Of a stretch of 43,678 nt of DNA, positions 37,158-43,678 are shown piece by piece. The DNA is taken from NCBI GenBank assembly GCA_036834745.1, contig DAITNH010000001.1:13076-56753 (forward strand). Reading direction: 5' to 3'. This DNA is from Prolixibacteraceae bacterium. Its GTDB lineage: Bacteria; Bacteroidota; Bacteroidia; Bacteroidales; Prolixibacteraceae. Both the position numbers and the translations under genes were made by a program. Below the pieces are notes generated by a model that did not search any database, had not been told where the DNA came from, and was given only the letters and a program-made list of their open reading frames with translations. How positions within the stretch are numbered: position 1 is the first letter of the stretch; each line of letters begins with the position of its first letter.

Positions 37158-38789
37158 ATGAAAAAAATATTAGCAGGAGTAGCTATCCTAATCAGTTTCA
37201 GTTTGCATGCTCAGCAATCAGCTGACAATGCATCCAATGGTGGGAGCCCAAAAGTTCAGACTGTCTCAGGAATCGTGCGAGGCGTAATCGAAGGAGATGT
37301 CGAAAATTTCAAGGGAATTCCCTATGCTGCGGCACCGGTCGGTGAATATCGCTGGCGTCCGCCACAACCTGTTGTCGCATGGCAGGGAGAGTTCGATGCG
37401 AACAAGTTTGGCGCGAATTGCGCGGCGGCAGGATGGGGAGGCCCTCCAGGATCTATTCAGGCGGGCTCGTCGGAAGATTGTTTGTTTCTCAATATATGGA
37501 GACCTGCCGGGGCTAAACCCAAAGCGAAGCTGCCGGTCATGGTATGGATCCATGGTGGCGCTTTCGTGGGCGGAAGCGGTAACACTTCAGGAGAAGGGTT
37601 TGCCAAACAAGGCGTCATCCTGATTAGCATCAATTACCGTCTGGGGCGCCTCGGACATTTTGCATTCCCGGCGCTGAGCAAGGAGCATCCGGAAGAACCC
37701 AAGGGCAGTTACGCCTTCATGGACCAGATCGCCGCACTCCAATGGGTGCAGCAGAACATCGCCGCGTTCGGGGGCGATCCTGAAAATGTTACCATTTTCG
37801 GTTTCTCTGCCGGTGGCGTTTCGGTACATTCACTATTGACCATTCCGGCTGCAAAAGGTCTTTTCCAAAAGGCAATCAGTCATTCCGGCGGTGGCCGGGA
37901 TGGTGTGTTGACCGGCAGGCCGATCAACAAAGAAAATGCAAGTTCCTACTACCCTGTTTCAGCGGAAACGATCGGGATAAACTTTGCCCGTAAACACGGT
38001 ATCGAGGGTACAGATGCGGCGGCACTGGCCAAACTACGTGCCCTGAAAGTTGAAGAGATTGTGGACGGGGGACAGGAAAATGATGGGCAGGGAGGTCCGC
38101 GCATCTATTCAGGCCCGATTCTCGACGGCAAACTGGTTGTTGAGACTTCCGAGAGTGCCTACAAGGCAGGCAGACAGGCACACGTTCCGCTCATGATCGG
38201 GAATAATAGTGCGGAAATAGGTGGAGGTTTTGTGAATGCCAGCAGTTCAAAGGAAGAACTGTTTTCGCTCTTCGGGGAACTAAAAGATGAGGCAAAAGCT
38301 GCCTATGATCCTGATGGTAACAAAGAATTCGCTGAGGTACAAACAAGATTTAACACCGACAAGGTTTGGGCAGAGCCTGCACGGTTTACCGCAAGGTCTT
38401 TTGCCGCCGTTGGCGATCCGGCTTACATTTTTCTTTTCTCTTACGCACCTTCAGCCATGAAGGAGCGGATGAAGTATGGTCCCGGACATGGAACTGATAT
38501 TTCTTTTGTGTTCGACAACCTTGGTGTCCGTCCCGGGTCAACACCCGCACCCGAGGACAAAGAGGTCGCCAGAATGATGAACGCCTATTGGGTAAACTTC
38601 GCCAAGACTGGCGATCCGAATGGTAAAGGACTGCCGAAATGGCCCGTTTACAGTCCAAAAACGAACGAGATCCTTGATATTCAATCCGATGGTAAGCCAG
38701 TTGGTAAACCTGATCCAACGAAAGCGAGACTGGACGTGATTGAAAAGGCAGTGAACATGGGGGATAAACTACAACCAAATGGCATATAA
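37158..38789 (+). CDS. Type-B carboxylesterase (PnbA-like), exported
   Basis: 'FKGIPYAAAPVGEYRWRPP', 'SEDCLFLNIW', 'WIHGGAF', 'NYRLG', 'FGGDPENVTIFGFSAGG'. Confidence 0.92.
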   Translation: MKKILAGVAILISFSLHAQQSADNASNGGSPKVQTVSGIVRGVIEGDVENFKGIPYAAAPVGEYRWRPPQPVVAWQGEFDANKFGANCAAAGWGGPPGSIQAGSSEDCLFLNIWRPAGAKPKAKLPVMVWIHGGAFVGGSGNTSGEGFAKQGVILISINYRLGRLGHFAFPALSKEHPEEPKGSYAFMDQIAALQWVQQNIAAFGGDPENVTIFGFSAGGVSVHSLLTIPAAKGLFQKAISHSGGGRDGVLTGRPINKENASSYYPVSAETIGINFARKHGIEGTDAAALAKLRALKVEEIVDGGQENDGQGGPRIYSGPILDGKLVVETSESAYKAGRQAHVPLMIGNNSAEIGGGFVNASSSKEELFSLFGELKDEAKAAYDPDGNKEFAEVQTRFNTDKVWAEPARFTARSFAAVGDPAYIFLFSYAPSAMKERMKYGPGHGTDISFVFDNLGVRPGSTPAPEDKEVARMMNAYWVNFAKTGDPNGKGLPKWPVYSPKTNEILDIQSDGKPVGKPDPTKARLDVIEKAVNMGDKLQPNGI

Positions 38790-38825
38790 CTGAAAAAGTG
38801 AAGTAATTTAAAAACGTGATTCACC

Positions 38826-39722
38826 ATGAAACAAATCAGAATTCAATTTTTCTTTTTCTTTTTTATTGTTGTAACCTCTGGATTTGCTCAAACCAATCCT
38901 GTGATAGATGCTTTCCCGCAAAGAACCATTTTGCACGGCAACGTCCCTTACAACAACGATACCTTTCCCAAACACTTGCTGGATATTTATTTGCCAGCTA
39001 ATGCAAAGGGAAAACTGCCTCTCGTGATTTTCATTCATGGAGGTGGCTGGTTAAGCAATGATAAATATGCCGATATTGGTTATATGAAAAAGACCGTAGC
39101 AGAAATTGTCAGTAACGGTTTTGCCTTAGCTTCTATTGACTATCGGTTCAGCACACAAGCTGTTTTTCCAGCCCAGATACAAGACTGCAACCGTGCCGTT
39201 TCATTTCTCTACGACAATGCCGATAAGTATGGCTTTGACAAAAATCGTTTTGCGGTAATGGGCTTTTCTGCAGGCGGGCATCTTGCTTCCCTGGTGGGTT
39301 TATCTAAAAATAATGATGTGTCGGCTTTTTTCATGCCGGGAACAAGTAAATCATATCGTTTTAAAGCTGTTTTAGATTTTTACGGCCCTGCTGAATTGAT
39401 CTTATTTCCCGGAAGCAATGATGCAAAATCACCTGAAGGCCTGCTGATAGGTGCAGCTCCACTTTCACGTCCCGATTTAGCCAAAGCTGCCAGCCCGATA
39501 AATTATGTGGATAAAGCCGATCCGCCATTTTTGATTATTCACGGTGAAAAAGATCAACTGGTATCTACAAAACATTCAGAACTGTTGAGTTCCTGGCTAA
39601 GAGTTTCAGGTGTAGAGAATGAACTTATCATTGTTAAAGATGCACCGCATTTTGGAGAGATGTTTGATGCTGATGAGGTTAGAAATAAAGTGATGAATTT
39701 TCTTAGGAAGCAATTGAATTGA
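38826..39722 (+). CDS. HSL-like alpha/beta hydrolase (BD-FAE type esterase), exported
   Basis: 'LDIYLP', 'IHGGGW', 'GFSAGGHLA', 'HGEKDQLV'. Confidence 0.88.
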   Translation: MKQIRIQFFFFFFIVVTSGFAQTNPVIDAFPQRTILHGNVPYNNDTFPKHLLDIYLPANAKGKLPLVIFIHGGGWLSNDKYADIGYMKKTVAEIVSNGFALASIDYRFSTQAVFPAQIQDCNRAVSFLYDNADKYGFDKNRFAVMGFSAGGHLASLVGLSKNNDVSAFFMPGTSKSYRFKAVLDFYGPAELILFPGSNDAKSPEGLLIGAAPLSRPDLAKAASPINYVDKADPPFLIIHGEKDQLVSTKHSELLSSWLRVSGVENELIIVKDAPHFGEMFDADEVRNKVMNFLRKQLN

Positions 39723-39751
39723 AAAGTTATTCATTTTAGATTTTTTAGATT

Positions 39752-40489
39752 ATGAAAGAAATAAAAATTAAAACAGTCGTCGTGCTAATCATGGCATTAA
39801 GTTGCTTTTCAAATCAGTTAAAAGCACAAAATAACATGAATACAAAGTTGGAATTAAGCCCTGCGGAGCAAAGCATCATTGCCATTGCTGCATTAACGGC
39901 AAAGGGCGATTTGTCAAATTTAAAGCCAGCGCTTAATATTGGTCTCGAAGCGGGACTTACCATCAACCAGATTAAAGAAGTCCTTGTTCACCTGTATGCC
40001 TATTGCGGGTTTCCACGAAGTATTCGCGGTTTGCAAACCTTTATGGAAGTATTGAATGAACACAAAGCCAAAGGCATTAATGATGTATTGGGAGCTGAAG
40101 CATCGCCCATTCCGGAGGAACAATCGAAATACGAACGAGGCAAAAAGGTTTTAGGAGAACTCACCAAAGCGCCGCAAGATGGTGCGCTGACTGGTTACGG
40201 TGCTTTTGCCCCGATAATCGATACCTTCCTGAAAGAGCATTTGTTTGCCGATATTTTTGAAAGAGACGTTTTAACATACGCCGAACGGGAATTGGTCACT
40301 ATATCTGTGATAAGTACCATAGGTGGTGCAGAGCCAATGTTGCGCAGTCATTTATCCATTTGTCTGAATGTTGGTTTAACTCCTGCACAGTTGAACGAAT
40401 TTGTGGAAATTATACAATCGACTCTGGGCGAAAAAGAAGCCAAAGAAGCGCAGAAAGTTGTAAATGAGGTCCTGAAAAATCAGAAATAA
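39752..40489 (+). CDS. Carboxymuconolactone decarboxylase (CMD/AhpD-like) family protein, two CMD repeats
   Basis: 'IKEVLVHLYAYCGFPRS', 'FLKEHLFADIF.R..L...ERELVTIS'. Confidence 0.88.
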   Translation: MKEIKIKTVVVLIMALSCFSNQLKAQNNMNTKLELSPAEQSIIAIAALTAKGDLSNLKPALNIGLEAGLTINQIKEVLVHLYAYCGFPRSIRGLQTFMEVLNEHKAKGINDVLGAEASPIPEEQSKYERGKKVLGELTKAPQDGALTGYGAFAPIIDTFLKEHLFADIFERDVLTYAERELVTISVISTIGGAEPMLRSHLSICLNVGLTPAQLNEFVEIIQSTLGEKEAKEAQKVVNEVLKNQK

Positions 40490-40504
40490 TTTAACTCAAA
40501 AAAA

Positions 40505-40993
40505 ATGAAATACATTTTAAAATTCAGCCTACTGTTTTTGACAGTTTTATTTGTGGCTTGTAATACTAAGCAGACTGATACTGCTATTGAACTAACCGCA
40601 GAATCAATTTTTCCAAAAGGCGAAAAAATAACCAACAACAACTTCTCCGGAACGGTGTACCTAAAAATGATGGGAGCAAGTGATACGGCGCTTCATACCA
40701 GTTTTGGCAACGTAACTTTCGAACCCAAAGCAAGAACAAACTGGCACTCGCATCCGGGTGGTCAAATACTTCTTATAACCGAAGGCAAGGGATATTATCA
40801 GGCAAAAGGTGAGCCAGCCCGGTTATTGCGCAAAGGCGACGTTGTTGAAATTCCTCGAAACGTGGTGCACTGGCATGGTGCAGCTCCTGACAGTGCATTT
40901 GCTCACATTGCCATTAGCCTGAATACTGATGACGGAGGTGCAGTTTGGCTGCAACCTGTTACTGATGAGGAATACAGTCAGTCCACAAAATAA
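40505..40993 (+). CDS. Cupin domain lipoprotein
   Basis: Lipobox 'FVAC'; 'VTFEPKARTNWHSHPGGQ', 'HWHGA'. Confidence 0.88.
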   Translation: MKYILKFSLLFLTVLFVACNTKQTDTAIELTAESIFPKGEKITNNNFSGTVYLKMMGASDTALHTSFGNVTFEPKARTNWHSHPGGQILLITEGKGYYQAKGEPARLLRKGDVVEIPRNVVHWHGAAPDSAFAHIAISLNTDDGGAVWLQPVTDEEYSQSTK

Positions 40994-41075
40994 TAGATAC
41001 TTACACACTGCATACCATTGCATCTGAAAAGAACTGAATTTAAAAACCCAATATCAACTCAAAAGAAAAACCAAA

Positions 41076-42407
41076 ATGAAAAACCAACTGATTTTTGTAT
41101 CCGCATTTTTACTGATGACTTTTGCAAACAGCGTTTATGCACAGGATTGGCCTCAGTTTCTAGGTCCCGAAAGAAATAGTACTTCTCCTCAAAAAAACCT
41201 TCTTCGCTCCTGGCCCGCATCTGGTCCTGAAGTTTTATGGACGGCCAGCATTGGCATTGGCTATGGCGGACCGGTTGTAAAGGATGGTAAAGTTTATCTG
41301 CTGGACAGAATTGATAGTATCGGAGATATTATGCGAAGTTTCGACTTTGCAACCGGCAAAGAACTTTGGAGTTCCTCAATTGCATCGCCAGGAGCATTCC
41401 CATTTCCCGGTTCGCGAAGTGTTCCGGCGGTTGACGGTAACTATGTGTATGCCTGCGGCGCAGTTGGTGATTTGTTTTGCATAGATATTAACACTCACAA
41501 ACTGGTTTGGCATAAAAATATCTGGACAGATTATGGCGGTAAAGAACTACCAATCTGGGCCATTTCTCAATGTCCGCTCATATATGGGAATATGGTCATT
41601 GTATCCTCACATGCTCCTGAAGCCGGTGTGGTTGCTTACAATAAACTAACCGGTGAAATCGTTTGGAAAACCCCGAATCTAGGTAACGAGACCTACGTAA
41701 GTCCATCCCTGATAAAAATTTCCGGAGAGGACCAAATCGTTATGGTAACATCCTCTACCAACCCATTTGGGCATCCTGGAGCAGAAAAAACATTGGGTAA
41801 GATTATTGGCATTGGACCTCTTTCCGGTAAAATACTATGGGAATACAAGAATTGGGAATGTCATATCTCGGTGGCAAATGCACTTGAAGCCGGTGATAAC
41901 AAATTACTTGTTGTCGGGGGTTATGAGCTTGGTTGTGTGATGATTAAAGTTGAAAAAAATGCAGATAAAACCTTCACGGTTTCCGAGCTTTTTAAACACA
42001 ATGAATTTGGTGATCATACAAAACCTCCAATTCTGTTTAAGGATTATTTCTATGCTCAATTTTCAACTAACGGGAAACGCGACGGATTGGTTTGTATGGA
42101 CATGGATGGAAAAATAATGTGGAAAACAAAAAATGCACCCAAATTTGACAAAGGCAGCATGATTTTAGCCGATGGTTTAATTCTTGCAACCGACGGTACA
42201 AATAAATTGTACCTGATTGAACCAGATCCTGCCGGATTCAAATCGCTCGCTTCAGCAGATTTGCTAAAACAAGGAGGTGTGGACAGCAGAAACAGAATGA
42301 CCAATTTCGGTGGACCAACTCAAAACTGGGCGCCCATTGCACTTGCTGATGGCAAACTGTTGATTCGCGATCAAAGCCGGATGATGTGTGTGAAAGTGGC
42401 TGAATAA
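41076..42407 (+). CDS. PQQ-binding-like (BamB-type) beta-propeller protein
   Basis: Signal peptide; 'DWPQFLGP.R', 'TGKELW', 'TGEIVW', 'GKILW', 'WAPIALADGKLLIRD'. Confidence 0.85.
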   Translation: MKNQLIFVSAFLLMTFANSVYAQDWPQFLGPERNSTSPQKNLLRSWPASGPEVLWTASIGIGYGGPVVKDGKVYLLDRIDSIGDIMRSFDFATGKELWSSSIASPGAFPFPGSRSVPAVDGNYVYACGAVGDLFCIDINTHKLVWHKNIWTDYGGKELPIWAISQCPLIYGNMVIVSSHAPEAGVVAYNKLTGEIVWKTPNLGNETYVSPSLIKISGEDQIVMVTSSTNPFGHPGAEKTLGKIIGIGPLSGKILWEYKNWECHISVANALEAGDNKLLVVGGYELGCVMIKVEKNADKTFTVSELFKHNEFGDHTKPPILFKDYFYAQFSTNGKRDGLVCMDMDGKIMWKTKNAPKFDKGSMILADGLILATDGTNKLYLIEPDPAGFKSLASADLLKQGGVDSRNRMTNFGGPTQNWAPIALADGKLLIRDQSRMMCVKVAE

Positions 42408-42430
42408 CAATTTTGGATAATCAGAAAAGG

Positions 42431-42479
42431 AAAAAGTCAGTAGTCATTGGAAAACGTTCCGAATGACTACTGACTTTTT
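42431..42479. terminator. Bidirectional hairpin with an 18-bp perfect stem
   Basis: AAAAAGTCAGTAGTCATT-ggaaaacgttccg-AATGACTACTGACTTTTT between convergent genes. Confidence 0.8.
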
Positions 42480-42493
42480 TCTGACTGAAAAAA

Positions 42494-43390
42494 TTAATTC
42501 TGAAACCGGTATTCATTTGGCGTAAAGCCTGTATTTTTCTTAAACATCCGCGTGAAATGTTGAGGATACTTAAAACCTAATTCATAAGCTATCTCGCTGA
42601 TCGATTTGCTAGAATCGTAAATTCTTTCCTTTGCAACATCAATCAATTTTAACTGGATATGTTCCTGCGCCGATTTTCCTGTTTCTTTTTTCAACAAATC
42701 TCCCAAATAGTTTGCCGATATGAATAGTTTTTCAGCACAATAGCTTACTGAAGGCGGGCCAAATTCAAGAGGCATTTCTGATGAAAAATATTCCTCCAGC
42801 ACTTTTTCAAACCGTGCCAGCACATCTTTGTTCACATGGCTGCGGGTTATAAACTGACGCTCGTAAAAGCGTTTGCAATAATTTAGGAATAGCTCTATAT
42901 ACGAAACAATAAGGGTCTTGCTATGTGTATCAATGGCATGTTCCAATTCATAATTTATCTTGTCAAAACAATCGTTTACAATAGCCCTTTCCCTTGCCGA
43001 AAGGTGCAATGCTTCATTGACTTCGTAAGAGAAGTAGGTGTAATCTTTTATGTTCCTACCCAATGAAGTTCCGTGTATCAGATCGGGATGAAATATTAAA
43101 GCTCGCCCCACGCCCTTGCGTTTTTTGCCATCATCTTCAATTCCATAAACCTGTCCGGGAGCGACAAATATTAAGGTTCCCTCTTCGTAATCGTAAGTAT
43201 TGCAGCCATACGTCATGTTACCGCATTTGGCATCTTTTAAAAATATGGCATAAACCCCCATTTGCCTCCTGAAATAGCAAAGTGGTTCAACTTTCGAAAA
43301 ATCAACAATACTTATTAATGGATGTAATGTTTCCTGACCTGCCAGATTATTGTATTCGGTAACGGTATTAATTCTGGATATTTCACTCAT
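42494..43390 (-). CDS. AraC-family transcriptional regulator (paralog of 33072..33983)
   Basis: 'ETLHPLISIVDFSK', 'YDYEEGTLIF', 'EALHLSARE', 'EIAYELGFKYPQHFTRMFK'; both paralogs end in RFQN. Confidence 0.95.
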   Translation of the reverse strand: MSEISRINTVTEYNNLAGQETLHPLISIVDFSKVEPLCYFRRQMGVYAIFLKDAKCGNMTYGCNTYDYEEGTLIFVAPGQVYGIEDDGKKRKGVGRALIFHPDLIHGTSLGRNIKDYTYFSYEVNEALHLSARERAIVNDCFDKINYELEHAIDTHSKTLIVSYIELFLNYCKRFYERQFITRSHVNKDVLARFEKVLEEYFSSEMPLEFGPPSVSYCAEKLFISANYLGDLLKKETGKSAQEHIQLKLIDVAKERIYDSSKSISEIAYELGFKYPQHFTRMFKKNTGFTPNEYRFQN

Positions 43391-43462
43391 GGCGTACGTT
43401 TTATTTTAATCTCATACAAAAGTAAAGAACTCATTTCTAAAAAAATAACCACGGAATAAGAT

Positions 43463-43493
43463 TCCGTAATAATGGTAGGTTTCCCTGTAATTT
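43463..43493 (+). promoter_or_regulatory. Second copy of the putative AraC tandem binding site
   Basis: TCCGTAATAATGGTAGGTTTCCCTGTAATTT; same spacing and similar position relative to the divergent AraC as 34052-34082. Confidence 0.6.
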
Positions 43494-43574
43494 GGGTAAT
43501 TTATTGCGAGTTTTTGCACCCAAATTTGCACTAGGTAATTAGAACAAAATAATGTCGCATTTGAATTTGTGCTA

Positions 43575-43655
43575 ACTCACCCCCTCGCATCTGCGATGCT
43601 TTCCCCCTCTCTTTTGAAAGAGAGGGGGACGTCCGCGAGCGGACGTGGGGTGAGT
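43575..43655. repeat. GC-rich multi-branched palindromic (REP-like) element
   Basis: Outer ACTCACCCC/GGGGTGAGT enclosing three hairpins: TCGCA/TGCGA, TCCCCCTCTCTTT/AAAGAGAGGGGGA, ACGTCCGC/GCGGACGT. Confidence 0.75.
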
Positions 43656-43678
43656 ATGGAAAATATACGACAAGAAAT

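Noticed and set aside
43575..43655. Cloverleaf as a tRNA gene
   Set aside because: No TTC T-loop, no 7-nt anticodon loop and wrong arm lengths.

Overview
Chromosomal window from a Bacteroidota bacterium, probably a Prolixibacteraceae/Marinilabiliales type (inferred from TAnnTTTG promoter elements, fused E1 alpha-beta dehydrogenase and gene content). It falls into three parts. (1) 1-13.5 kb is mostly housekeeping: MATE pump, CBM9/DUF5916 outer-membrane protein, biotin-dependent acyl-CoA carboxylase operon, an ATP-cone/PD-(D/E)xK nuclease fusion, glyA and a fused 2-oxoacid dehydrogenase E1. (2) 13.7-25.7 kb is a glycan-trimming cluster with no SusC/SusD in the window: two Cys-type sulfatases, an SSS transporter, a BNR protein, a YncE-phosphoesterase, a GH109-like enzyme and a GH33 sialidase. 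(3) 26-43.7 kb is an accessory island with AraC/HxlR regulators, hydrolases, REP/MITE-like elements and an internally deleted AraC pseudogene. The standout is a compact RiPP-like locus in part 3. An 89-aa precursor with four SACG repeats (4 of its 5 Cys in CX3D motifs) is followed by an attenuator hairpin, a radical SAM/SPASM maturase of the ACGX-system type, an MDR/quinone oxidoreductase and a secreted beta-helix protein. The operon is divergent from a Cys-containing HxlR regulator and has no dedicated exporter or protease. No rRNA, tRNA, CRISPR array or transposase was seen. All assignments come from motif reading by eye; no searches were run.
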